Shown here piece after piece: positions 11,477-25,600 of a DNA stretch of 64,000 nucleotides. The stretch is from Raillietiella orientalis. Its lineage: Eukaryota. The stretch's first letter is position 1. Each line of letters opens with the position of its first letter. Below the pieces are notes generated by a model. The model was given only the letters and a program-made list of their open reading frames with translations. It made no database searches and was not told where the DNA came from. The translations under genes were made by a program, and so were the position numbers. Where the stretch lies: the NCBI GenBank assembly GCA_036172245.1, contig JAYWIR010000009.1:930001-994000 (forward strand). Reading direction: 5' to 3'.

Positions 11477-14400
11477 TCAGGGCACCGCGGCGTCCAGGGC
11501 CTGTCTCAGGTCCTCGACCAGGTCGCAGGCGCTCTCGAGCCCCACGGACAGTCGGATGAAGTTGTCCGTGATGCCCAGGACCTGCCTCTCCTTTTCGGGC
11601 ACCGACGCGTGGGTCATGAGGGAGCTGAAGGACGCCCCGGTACACCCTCTGCTCTGCACTCCCCCACCCCTCTCTACTCCCAACACCTACGGGATCTCGA
11701 CGAGCGACTCATATCCACCGAGGCTCTCCGCCAGCACGAAGATCTTCAGGTGCTCCAGGAAGACCTTCGCCTCGTGCAGGCCCCCGCGGATGTAGAAGCT
11801 GCACATGCCGCTGCAGCCGCTGCTCTGACTCTTGTGCAGCTCGTACTGAGGGTGCGAGGAGAGGCCTGCGGAGCGAGGAGTGGGGGTGAGTGAAGAGGGG
11901 CCCTTCCCGTCTGCCTACCCGGGTGGAGCACTTTCTCCACTTTGGGGGACTTCTCCAGGAACCTGGCAACCTCCAGCCCGTTCACCATGTGCTCCTTCAT
12001 CCTCAGGTGCAGAGTCCTGATCCCACGGTGCACCAGCCAGCAGTCGAAGGGAGAGGGAACCGCGCCCACGGCTGCGCCGGGAGAGGGAGGGAACAGGGGC
12101 TCTCTCTTCCGCCGCCGCTGCCGCCTCTTACCCTTCTGGAGGAACTTCAGCCTCTCGAACAGGTCAGCCCTCTTTGTGGCCACTGCTCCCATGACCACGT
12201 CGGAGTGACCGTTGAGGTACTTGGTCATGGAGTGGACCGCCAGGTCTGCCCCGAGCACCAGGGGTTTCTGGAAGGAAACGCAGATGATTCTCGAAGCTCT
12301 CCTCCTCTCCCCCACCCTCCCGCCCGCCAGGCTCGTCTCCTGCACGGGAGGTGAGCAAGGAAGGGAACTCACCTGGAAAAACGGGGTCATGAAGGTGTTG
12401 TCCACGGCCACGATCATGTCCGATCGGTACGAGTGGCACGCGCGGCACACCTCGGCGATGTCTACGATTTTCATCATGGGGTTCGTAGGCGTTTCGATCC
12501 ACACGAGCTGCTCACACGCAGGGCGGTGTCCCGCCCCGGCCTTGGAGCGAACGGGGAGGAGGGGAGGGAAGGGGAGGCTACCTTGGTTTCCGGGGTCAGA
12601 GCGTCCGCTATCTTCCCGGAGTCACAGGCATCTATGAAGGTCACGGATATCCCCAAGCTCGGCAGCACCTTGGTGAAGAAGCGGTTGGTCCCGCCGTAGA
12701 CGTCGTCTACGCAAACGATGTGCTGTCCATTCGACAGGAGGGTCGTGATGGTGGACGTGGCCGCGAGACCGGAGGAGAAGCACAGACCTTGAATGGGACA
12801 AGAAGGGGTGTAGCTTGGTCCGTTCCACTACTTCAGGGGCCTCACGCCTGACGCCAGGCGCTGCCGAGGTCACCCTCGAGTCGCCGGGCGGGAGGGAGAG
12901 AACGAGGGGGAGTGCGGTCCCGGACTGTGCCCGGCGCCGGAAAACCTTCCCGCACCTGCTGCCCTCTTGAATGTCCGAGAATGCCATGCTGCGACCCTCC
13001 CACTCCCGATGGACAACGGCTGGGGGGTCTTCGCGCGCGACGTGATGTCGTCCGCAGCTTCCCCTGCAGCTCTGTGCTGACTTTGCGGGGTTGCAGAAGC
13101 GAGAAGCCGCACCGAAAGAGATCAGTCGAACGGTGAGGTCATCATCCCAATTGTCTGCTCCTTCATGAGGAAGGCGACCAGGTGGCCACCACCACTGCCA
13201 ACAAAAGGAGGAGGAAGTTCTCAGCATCCTCTGGAGGATGCTCTGATGCTCCAGAAGAAATCTTTGATCCCTCCCCTCGAACACGTTGTTAAACTGAACT
13301 TTTGTGCTTTATTTCTTCTTTTCTTTCTGTTCATCCCTTTCCCAATTTCTACTGTGCGGGTCGCATCGGGGAGCTGCTCACGAGAAAAAGCGCCCCCGAG
13401 GTGGCATTTCCCTTCGCAGCGATGCTGTGAAACCACCACGAAGGAAGACATTTTTATATTTTATGTGACACTGTTTTTATTGCAAATTTTGTTTTTGTTT
13501 TTTTCTCAACAAGAAACTCCTCGGCATGGCCGGGTGAAAATAAAAGGCAACGAAAAGCAAAGAAGCGCCAACTCTTGGATGCCCTCGGGGAACTTTGGCT
13601 TCTCCCCACCTTTCTCACAGGCAAAACGTCACGGGTAAACGATAAAGGAGCGGACACTATTTGGTGGGCAATCTCTCCCCTTCTTTCACCGACTCTCCCC
13701 CCTTTACAGGCGCTATTCCTGTAAACACGAGTGCTTACAGGAATGGCGCCTTGCTTGAGGGCTCTGATCTAGCTTTCAGAAGTCCCCGGTATTTTTTTCA
13801 AGGGGGTGAAGGGAGAGTTCCACTTACTGAGCGAAGGCAGCCTACCCCTTTCCTGAAGATCGTTGCTAGAGGGGACGCGCGTGTCAGCACGAGAAAGCAC
13901 TCGGGAAGAACGGCCTCGCTTCCACCCGGTAGCTGTTGCTTCGAGGGGAGGCAGCGCTCCTCAAAGAAGCAAGCACTCCCTCCCTCCGTCCGCACAGCGG
14001 TTCGGGTGGTTGGCAACGACAGGGGCGGACAAAGTCACTTCGATGGAGAACGAGAGAAAGACGGATCCGCAGACATTCACTGTACCTCCAAAACCAGGGG
14101 AAAAAAAAAAATACTGAAAAAAACAAAAGAAAATAAAGGAAAGCAAAAAAAAGGTGCTCGAGTTTGAAGGTACGGGAGAAACGGTCAAAGTCCACGACTG
14201 GTCAGCTAGCCTGCTGCCAAATCCTTCGCGTGATCTTTTCCGGAAGAACTGGTTGCCTCGGTGGCACCAGAAAACTGGAGGTCGTCGCCTGCTGAACCCG
14301 GAATCGGCCCAAGTCGAGAGAGGTCCGGGGGAAAACGGTGCCCCCCAAAGCGCAGTAATCCGGGTTATCGTTGTTCGCCCCTCGCGCCGAGCAGCCCGTG

Positions 14401-17400
14401 ACTTTCGGGACTTCCACGAGGGCTGCTGAACGGCTCACGGACGCGACACAACGTGTCCGGAAACGGCATCGCACGAGGTGCAGCAGGGACCTCCTTGGTA
14501 TCCTGCGCTCCGCAGAACTCCGTTAGGACACGCGGTGCACACACACTTCGAAAACGATCGCACCGACACTTTAACAGACACTGAAGACGCATTGCTTCCG
14601 AGAGCCGAAATCAGAATCAGTTCGGATGCCCTGCATGGTACCGCTTCGGGGAGGCGGATCGTGCCCAAGACGGGAGAACCAAATCTGTAGATCCAGGTGG
14701 CATCCGCAAGCGCCCGGTGCTAAGGGAACCGGGAATGAAACATTCCAAGTCCCTTTAATTTGATTTGCCGTTTCAATTAAGCGCAAATAAGTTGCTTTTA
14801 ATTCGATTGCAGGTCATGGTGTCTGCAGCACGAACGAGACGGTTCGCGCTCGCTACAAGGCAACTGGACCATTCAGCATCGCTTCGGAAGACGGAAGGAA
14901 CAGCAAGTTTGCTCGATCTCCAAAATGAAAGCTGCGCCATCAGTTAAGTCGTCACTCACATTACAGACACATCCGCATATCTGTGTATATCTGCTGGTGC
15001 TCTCGGCACTTCAGTTATATACATATACATATAATCAAAATTAGATTCATGACGAAAGCCATGAAATTCACGTGACTTCATGCCAAACATGGAAAAACGT
15101 AGAAGACAAAGTGTACGAACGAAAGCAAAAAACAGTTGCAGCAAACACCCCTGCAGCGCCCCGATCAGGAAGAGCCCAATCAACAGCATGGAACGCAGAA
15201 AAGACACATCAGAACGGCGGCGAAGTTCACTTTGCAGCTTCCCGCTCGTGCGAGTCTAAAACTTGTGCTATGCGGGGGGGGGGGAACTCGCAAGTTTCGA
15301 TTCGATTCGCATTCCCGGGCAAGAAACACGAGAGATAAGGAGTACCGGAAGAACATGATTCCCAAAGTTGCGAAAGACAAGCGTCAAAAGCGTTCTTTGC
15401 CCACAGCCAGCTCTCGGGGGAGGGATCGCTCAAAGGGAACCTCTGTTCCCGAAGGGAGGAATTTTGAAATCGCGGGAGTCACGTGCAGCGATAACCAGCC
15501 AGGTGTCAGAACGCAGGTCACCATTCTCTTCCCGTAACAGCACTTAAGCCCGCGAGTTCGGCGGACACGACCGACTCGGATTCGAACGCCGAAGACCTCT
15601 TTTCAACGATAAATTCAGCCCAAAGGGTATCCGTCCAGCATTTTGCGAAGCCGAAAACTCGGAAGATCCGTCTTCACCGCAGATCTGCTGACATCGGAAC
15701 AACTGTGTTGCGGCCAAGTGAACTCCCCGTCCTGTCTGTGGATGGGAGGACTGCCTCATCCACTTTGGCCGCCTCTTTCTCTCGTGTCATTCGACCCAAC
15801 TTTATCCAAAGTTCGGTTACTAGCTAAACGCTGTCACGTTGCTCCTGCTTGTTCTTCTGATCTGCGTAATGTCCTCGGACTGGTTATTAGAACCAATGAG
15901 ACCTTGAACTTGACATCTGATGAATCACAGAATCCGCATCCTCAAGTTCTTTCTAACCCGAAGCTACACAAGGAAACAAAAACCTGAAGGCTGGTCCTGT
16001 AGGCTCCGTGGATGTTCCATCAACTGGCTTTTTTTCCCCTTCTTTTTGATGAAAGTGTTCACTCAGTTAGAAGCAGGTTGGAAAAGCAAAGGGACGTTGC
16101 TCCGAGATTCGCAGTTCCTTTGCAGGCTCCGGATCCAAGGAAAGGCATCCATTATGCAAAGAATTTTTAATGTGAGCACAGAGATCCCCGTTTCATCCTC
16201 AAGGTCGCAAGGACAGCGATGATTTCCTCAAAGGCTAGTCTATGTATTCTCTTCGGAGACTATTACGTCAAACAGATGTCCACTTCAAAGAGATGCCTAA
16301 CAGCATTTCAGTTTCTGCCGTGCGAGAAGATTTCCGTCCTGATTGGCCCGCGTTCGATCTGCTTCTTATTCCGACCTCATACTCATGGAGACCGCTTGAT
16401 AAGAGAGGTTACTCAGCAGCATCTCACACGCAGATCAATCCGACATCCATATCGAACTTGAAAATACATCTGAAACAAGTCAAACGGGTCATCGCCTTGA
16501 GTCGGTGTTTTCCTCCGCGCTTGATTATGTGCCACGTCCATGAGGAAACCGTTCTTCCTTCTTCCTGAAATGCCACGACCTCACTCCGTCCCAGAATCTG
16601 AAACCGGAGATGCAAAGAGCGCACGTTGCGGGTGAGCGTCTTTCTGTTTCCATGGCGAAGGACTGGCAGAGGATTTCGGCCCACGTTCTCACGTGCTTTC
16701 CGAGAAAAGGCGGAACCGGAAGATGCGTCAAAGAGTAGCAGATAACCGAGAACTTTACAGAGAGAACGTTTCGGGAGCAGTCACGGTAGAATCGGGATGG
16801 CAAGTAATTTATAAGGGCACCTTTCCATGCGTGAAATGACCAAATCATCGGACACTGAATCATCACTAAATCATCATCCAGGAACACGTTGCCCCTTAGA
16901 TGTAACACTATCTAGGGAGTTTCACGTATCAGTATGTCAACTATCCCAATCTCTGAATGCACCAGGCTGTTCTGCAGAAGGGGAATTCAATTAAAAATCC
17001 GCAAACGAGTGCATGTGAAATGAATTTTCACATAACTTATTGAGTTAAGGAAATGAAATTACCATAGTCTGCGTCCTCCAGAGAAGCGAAGCAGTTTTCC
17101 AGAAACTGCCTTGTCGGGTTCCCGCTTCGTGAGTACACATACCCCTGAAAACAAGTCTTGACAAGCAAAAAACAAATCGAATTTCGCAAAAGTGCCCAAA
17201 GACTCTCAACGTGATGACAGGAATTTCTAATTCTACCTCCCCTCTATCCGTTTTAGAAAGCTTCCCGTCTGCTAATGAATGAACGTAATGACAGCGCACA
17301 CTTCATAATCATATCGTAACCATGCAAGTCGCCACAGCACTCGATGAATTCATGCAATTTAGGGAGACCATTCAGACCAGCTCAAATTCAAAGTTGCGAT

Positions 17401-17579
17401 TAAACCTTGTCCTCCGAGGGGGCATTTTGCTTGAAGGTCGTTGCCATGTTAATCGGAGGAACACAGGATCCAAATGCATCTTTTTCAGGATCAAATCCTT
17501 TATGAATAGCCTTGGTTGCAAAGTGTTCGTCTTCCGCAATATAACCTGTCCTACTTAAGACGTGTTCCTTCGAAGACAT
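11477..17579 (-). CDS. CTH: Cystathionine gamma-lyase (PLP-dependent, transsulfuration/H2S-producing), 402 aa. Exons 17579-17406, 17144-17063, 12787-12582, 12507-12373, 12267-12132, 12071-11919, 11865-11691, 11624-11477.
   Basis: The spliced ORF is 1209 nt with consistent phases. Motifs: FATKAIHKG, PPINMATTFKQ, YSRSGNPTR, FSSGLAA, DDVYGGT, WIETPTNP, VDNTFMTP, PLP-lysine motif HSMTKYLNGHSDV, AESLGGYESL, MTHAS, IRLSVGLE. Confidence 0.96.
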
Positions 17580-20500
17580 GTTTCCAGAAATCTGTAAACT
17601 AAACAACAACAACAACAAAACAATCAAAACACTCTCTGTAAGACTTAGCATTGACGTTCAACAGAAGATACATGCATTCCCAAGTAACGGGTTTCTTGGA
17701 TTTTAACTGAAGCTGTCTTGCGACTCTTTTTTAGTTAGTATCCTTCCCCCCTCCCCCCGTCACACACAACGTACGTACGTTTACTTTTGCCGGTTTGTGT
17801 ATATAGTACGCACACACACATATACATATATGCAAAACTAGGTGCACCCAAGAACGAAAGAAGCACTTGGCACATGGATTTCATTTCACAAGCCGTTCCA
17901 TCTATAAGGTTCACAGAACACACGATATGGAACCTGTACCGCACACGGGATTTAGAATGTGTGGTACAAGTTACCTGGTATCCGGAAACTTCTACACAGA
18001 GCGCTAGAATCTGTACGTTGTACGTGCACACGCGTTCATCCTACGCACAACAAGCTACAGACTACGTTACCTACCCTTCCGGGGAGGATGCGGTTCGTTT
18101 CGTGGTCACACGTGCCCTTGCTAGCTGCTGCCAGTCGCATCTGACGCACTTACATCCCTCGAGCCGGCTGTTTGGGGTTGAGGAATCCTGAACTTTGTCC
18201 CCTACAGGGGGATCCGGTATTTCGCCTGGGGAGGCATTCCGATCTTTGGTGTTTCGGATGCCCTCCTTGAGGTTGTTTGAGTGGAAGGCGTGTGCTGACG
18301 GCAGTTTCACCAACCTCCGTCAAACCGCGTGGACCCCAACAGCCCATCACTCTATGGCACGAATCATTAGCTCATCATTCATAATAGGAGGACCGTTTGG
18401 GTTCGCCTCCTCTTGTTTGCTTTCCTTCCAGCCTCAGCGTGCAGACAAGAGGAACCGAAACTTTTCCTGTGACGATTTCCTCGTTAGGATCCTGCGGCTC
18501 TTTGCTGCTGACGGATGCCTTTCTCAAATATGTAAGAGGCAGTATTTTTTTTTTTTTTATCATCATCATCGCCACCATCCCTTCATTCGTGCAATCATCC
18601 CAAGCCTTTCCATGAAAATCAGTCTCATGGAAAAAATTCCCATCATTTCTTAATTTCAACCCCGTACTCGACCCTGAATCAACGTTGGTCTGATTCTTCC
18701 TTTTCTTTTTTCAAGATTGAGATTTCTTCACGCCATCATCGTCATCGTCACTTTGGAGGAAAACAAATTCGGGAAACCCGCATGCATTAATTATCGGAGG
18801 AAAGCATCACAGTCTCATCCAAGGGGCACACTTGGAGAAACGTCAGTATCCGAGTAGAACGAGGTACTTTCTACAAAGACAGTCGTACACGATCAAAGCT
18901 CTTTTTGCATAGGCCTGTACATGGAACCTATGCGTGGGTTTATGCCCAATATGGTGCTGACTCTTCTGGCAACCAGAATATCGGGTTAATTGTTCAGTTA
19001 ATTACGTAGAACATCCTGAACAAGCTCTGTTTCGTAACATTAGCGATGCCTCTGGTATCTTATCAGATTTTATCTGCCGGCTTCTGGGTAGGCCACTGAG
19101 TGGCATCTATCAGTTCTCTTCCTCCGAATTTCTTTTCCACTGTGGCTTCCTCAGACCTGCTTGAAGGTGTGCCACCATGGTACATGCGTACACACAATGA
19201 TAAGTGAGAAGCTGAAGAGCACATCTCCTCCTCCAGGCACGCGTTTTCGACTTCCCACCACGTGGACACGAACCAAGTCAAGAGTGCGTCTGCGTACACA
19301 AGCGCGCAAGAGTACACTTATTGCGACCTTGGTGATTGGGCGCCGATTATCCTTATTGCATTTCCGGGGTTTGCATTTAATTTACCTTTGTCTCCCGTCG
19401 TTCCCCGGATGGGCCTCGTCCAGACGCTGCGTTCCCTCTACGAAGTCTTTCGTGGTTTCTACGGCGCCACTCTTCTATTTTGCGTGTCGCGACGCAAGCG
19501 TTCGGTCGAGAGGGGAGCGGCACAGCGTGGTGGATGGCCACGGGTCGTCGTGGAAACGGTCATTTCGAAGAACTCATTGCTACCAAATACTTCGATAGCA
19601 CCATCGGGCAATGGTTCCCGGCTTCAGGCTGACTTTTCGGCCAGAGATCACAGACCGCGTGCATATTTCTTTTTCTTTTTCTGGGAAAAACGGAGGGAGA
19701 ACGGAAGGGCACTCGGGATTCAGTGTGTGGATCATGAGGTCACATTTCCAAACAACTGACGTGTGGGGCGTAACCCAAAAGACTAGGTGGTTTAGTCCCC
19801 AAAGAAACACTTTGATAGATCGAATTCATTCATTAATCACAGCTAATTTACACCAATCACTCCTCTTAGGAAACACCGAGCTTAGAAACCAAACTCTCGA
19901 CATATAACGAACTACCACCCCAGAAATTCCTATAAAGGCTCGTACATCCTTAACAAAAACTTAATTTTATTCCAAAATAGCCAACCTTTTGATCTCTGGA
20001 GTTGACAAGAAATCCATACTAGGATGAGTAAATTACCCAAATTAATACGTTGCATGGCAATTGACATGAATTTCAGCCATTTCACAAAAATTATAACCAT
20101 GGGGTTGCATGCAGCCAAACAGCATATACATTCCTACTCCCGTGTTTAGGAACTTCTCATTCTTACAGGGGTTTAGAAGGTGATGCGGATTGGTTACCCC
20201 ACAGGAAAAACATGTCACTGCTAAAGCTCTGTACATAGAATTCTACCTATTAGACATATGCCTATGGCAACCAGGTTACTTTAGCATGTAAAATTAAGCA
20301 TTCAGGTTCAGAACTCATTTGGCCAACAAATGGGTTCCCAACATCTCATCTTCCATCACTGATCTGGTGCAATGGTCCAAATTCAGTTCCTCTCTAGTTA
20401 TTGTTTCCCTGTAAAGCTCCCTTATGAATGAGCAAACAAGATTCAGAACATGCTCTGTTAAGCACACAATACAAGACCGATCATCAACTTCACTTCACTG

Positions 20501-22360
20501 ATTGATCATCATCTGCACACATCTTTGTGCTTAAATTCTGTAGATGCATCCTTTTCCTGTAACAAAATCACTATTTCTGTTTTCCATGATCTTTTCACAT
20601 ATAAAAATTCATAATTGTGCCACATGCCCTTTTCTCTGCTCCATTCACCAAGGTATTCTGCAATAAGAATATAATGGTTACAATATAAGACTTCCCAGTG
20701 TGTTAGGATCTCTACTACTTTGTCATTTTATAGGTACTTCAACCTGTTTTCCAAGTGGTGGTGCCTCTTATTAATCAATCATTCTTTTAAAGAAATCAAC
20801 ATTTTCGCATTGACAGTATTCATACCTGCAGTTTTATTAAAACTGCAACTCTGTTGCATACTATTCAGATGCATGCAAAGTACTCTGGCTTGACATAGTA
20901 CACTTTTCTACTTAACATTAATCTGGAAAACAAGGATTGATTGTTATTGCACTATTGGAGTGACCAAAGTATTTTCAGTAACTCTATCAGGATGTGAAGC
21001 ATTGGGTTTAACTCCTTGTTCACCATTATAAATGCAACAATTATCCATTATACTTCACAGACCCCAAATCATCATTTATAAGTGTCACATCATTTACCCT
21101 ACTAGCATCTGCTAAGAGAGATGCAAGGTTAAGTTACAGGGGGTGAACTATGCCAAGAAAAAAAACAAAAAACAAAGCATGCTCAAGGAAGAGAATTTTC
21201 CTTTCTATAAAAGGCTCTGTCTTTAGCTACTATTTTGAAACTAATGTAATTTTTGTATTCTGGTGTAAACACATAATTGCACTTGGTTGTGAATAGGGTA
21301 TCTTCTTTAAGTTGATGACCGTTTTGATTTCTCAGAAGCTTCACCAACTTATCCCTCTCAACTGTAGCACTTGTCTGGAGAGCCACTGGTTTCCAGCATC
21401 AAACTTCCCACAACTCTGTATGTAATTAAGGCATTGTGGGTCAGACAATTTTTGAATTGGTTCTGCGATGACACTATACAGAATACACATAGTGAGATCA
21501 TTTGGTAAGGGTCCTATACTACCTTTAGCAAGTTCACAGCTTGCCTTCAAACTTCTTTCTTTTTGATGCCTTGCAGAAATTTTCAACATATTTTGCACTC
21601 CCAATTTAAATGCAATGGCAGCACATCAACTTACCGGAACATTCTCAAAATAATTCTCTTAACTAGGTTTCAGTCAGGTATTTTTCAAAATTTTGATAGC
21701 ATAGGATGTCACCTTGCACTGATTAAAGTTAATTCCTTTGTTTTCCATTCATCTGGCACTACTGCCTGATGCACAATCTATTTAGAATTAGTTTTCCATG
21801 TTGGTGTCTATAGACAAGTCATCCCACATCAGCACTGGATGCAGTCAAGCATTGTAAACACATTTTGAAAGTCTTAGCACATGAAGTAGACAAAGTCAAG
21901 TTGCTTCCCGTAAACCATTATTCCATAAAAGTCTTAGATGGAATTTAAATTCCGTGCTACCATAAAACACTAAATATAATCTGATAATTAACTAATTCAC
22001 ACAATACATTAGAAATAAAGCATATGTCTTGAGATGCAACTTTGTTGTTTCAAATGGGGTGCAGGTTGCACCCAAAAGAACTTCTTGATAAAGAAGAAAC
22101 TGAATTCTCGTCTATGAAAATGATATTAGATTACAATGTAAGCAGACCAACAGATAATTAAGAATTTATAAAAAAAATGATTTCTTTTTCTTTTTGATAT
22201 ATTTTTAATCTTTGCTTTTTATTCAAAAACTATACCAAATTTATACACCATTTTACATCTTTAAAAATAAATAAAATCTATAATGCATGCAAAATAAAAA
22301 TTTCATCATTAACTGTTTAATTTTGCCATCAACACTTCAGGTGGCACACTTCGGCATTAC

Positions 22361-22653
<293 letters not shown>

Positions 22654-25600
22654 TTTTGCTAGCTTTATCATTTGCTATTCTCATCCTCTGTTTTGGTGCC
22701 ATTCCGTGATCTGGAAATATTAAGTTGACATGTAACCAAACTTTCGACCAAGTAGTTTCAAAAGTAGAATCTCTAATATGGGCAAAAAGTCAAACATTTT
22801 CAAAGTATTATTACAACAGCCATAAGTTTCACGCTGTAAACGCTTACTGCTGTCCGCCAGCACAATTTGATTTGCACCCTGTGATCCATAACTAAATTAA
22901 TAATAAATCAATCAATGAATTGAATCATTAAATCCATCAATAGCTGAATTATTATTTTTGGTGAATGTATGGGAGGAATACGGTTATCGGCTTCGTAAGA
23001 ACCCTATTTTGACGTTTAAAACGAATGCAGCATCAGTTGACAGTCTTTAATTTAAACGCACTTAATAATTTCAGCTAACATTACGATAAAAACTTGCATG
23101 GAACACGTGATGTACCATGAAATGTATTTCTGAAATTGATGTGCACTGCAGTGATGGATGATGCTCGCTGATCACTATACACACAAGACGTATCAGCCAC
23201 GAGTGCACACAATGCAAGCAGCTACCGTAATCTCAACGTCAACAGCACACGGTTCCCAAGTCATCATTTCCCTTAAGGCGTCGTTTCCTGTCTTTAAGTG
23301 TTCGTGTGCTTCCCTATGCTTAAAAATATAATTCTGTTCATTGGTGTTTGGAATTGGAAATTAGCTCTAGATGATCATTGTTAGCGATGCACACATGAGA
23401 TTTTTTTTTATTTTACACAATCGTGGATCAGTAGTTATGGAAGGGGGTGATTAAGTTCGTTTAACGGAACTCAAAGTAATAATATTAGCACAGTTTTTTG
23501 TAAAGTTTTGGTACATGCAGTCACGGCTAAGGTAGGATGCTTCCAATCATATTTTAGTTTATGAAATTTATGCCTTCAGTTGTAATATAATAACATGAGC
23601 GTGGGGAAAAGTTGATACATTCTCTATCGGGAGACTTCATGTTCTGAATTTATTATCGGTTACTCTATACTACGTTCTAGATTATTGCCTTTTAAAATTC
23701 TCTTGCAGAGCAGTCATTTGAAAACGAGAAAAACACGCAGTATCTTTGAAACTGGATTCAGCAGCCGCATACTGAAACACTGACAATCTAAGAAAGACGG
23801 CTCAAGCTATCGGGAGATCGATTTCATTTATATTTTTCAAAGTGAGACTATCGTGTTAATTCAATTGAAAGTAGGTTAGATTTTATAAAGGGTGGAAGGC
23901 CGAGTTTTTTAAAGTTATCTGATAACAAAAGTAGCAAAGAACTATTTCTGATAATCAACTGAATTCGAATTTCAGGGAATAAAAAAAAAACTAAAGAACT
24001 GTGAAGTGAATCGTTAAGAAACCAGTCTCCTCAGCCTTCACATGATAAAAGCATATTATGTATTCTATATAGCGAGTTTCGTACAAAGACTAGGCACTCA
24101 AGTATCCGTAGGTATTGCCATCATCACACAAGGATATCATATAATTCTAACGGATAACCTATTCAATTACTTGGAGTTATGACTGAATTTTCTAAGTCGA
24201 ATTATATAGGAGCTGTTCCTACAATCGTTTCTGAGGGGTTTTGATTTTTCATCTACTTTTTATCTCCGCAATTATAATAAGCGTCTAAGAGATTTTCTGG
24301 GCAAAGATGCTTTGGTGTTATTCCTTGAAGATCGTCTGATGACTAAGTTTTTTTTTTTTTTTTTTTCTTTCCCAAGGAGTTGCGTATTAAGAGTGCTTTT
24401 TTTTGCACTCAGTGATCTTGGAGAATTCTGGATTCTCAACTCAGTCCATGCTGAATCGCAATTCTTCCCGGTTTTTGAAACATGCAATGACATTCAACGT
24501 TCTGCATCGCCCAGGTGCACAACGGAACACCTTAAAGCTTCTCTTTGGAGCTCATGGGAATATTCTGGGAAGTAGAAAATGGAGTCTTCCGTCAAGTAAA
24601 TTCCCCTGTGCCTGTACAATGGATTTTTCCATTCTAGGCGGGAATTATCCATGAGCGAAAACTCTGTGCATATAGAGCAGCTGAGATATCTACATCTTCT
24701 TTTGTTGATTCAGATTTATTGGGACCTACATCTACTCTGGATCAGATGACATGGAATTCACTAATCTGTTGTCATGCAGCCTTAATAAGTGCATTCAGAA
24801 AAATCACTAAGGATTCGTTCTCTGCTTATTGGTTAGTTGGAAGAGGGATATTCCCATCTGTGTCCGTGAGTAGGAAAACGAGAGGAAGAGAGAGAAAAAG
24901 CAAATGATGAATACGAAATTCAAGAACGGGAGTTTCTGCCTTGTTTGAGAACAGTTAGCAGCCGCACGAATCCATAAGCAAAGAAGCAGGAGCAGCTCTA
25001 TTTTTTCTACTTTTCCACATGATGGGTTTAACGAAAGGCTCCTCAGATATCTGGATTATGCAAATTCCGATCGAAGGAAGCCTGCAGCAGGGAGCTCCCA
25101 TCGACAAATGCAGCAACAGTGGAGATGAATATACGGAAAGCAGTGGAACAAACATCACGATGGAGCTGTGGCAACCCTCCGCTCGTGCGTCACGGGAGGA
25201 ACACATCAGTCGAGCTGCCCTAGTCACTCTCAGAGAATGTGTCGGCTTGGAATGGAAACCACGATCCGAGTGCAAGGAGACCCGGCATATCGGACACCTC
25301 TCGAAGCAGGATCCGAACGAGTGCTGATTCTGTTGTGCATCTACCAGTTCTAGTGGAGCAGAGGCCAATGCAAGGCCAGTTTGCTCAATCTTGACATCGG
25401 TTTACACTGTCACATGCATCTTCTCACCTGCTCCACAGGTTGACTCATCTGAATTCTTGAAACCTTCCCTTATACGGAGATTGCAATCGTTCATCCTTAT
25501 CACTCCACTCCATCGCTCATGGTTTAGGCTGAGATTCCACAGAACACAAGATCAGGTCAAGGCGCAAAGGAAAAGCGCCCACTCACGGAAGACTATATCA

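Noticed and set aside
15570..15600. Box B-like GTTCGAATCC on the minus strand
   Set aside because: No box A or cloverleaf, so not a tRNA.
21183..21769. Short ORFs within the AT-rich island (possible transposase or nested gene)
   Set aside because: No recognisable motifs and frequent stops.
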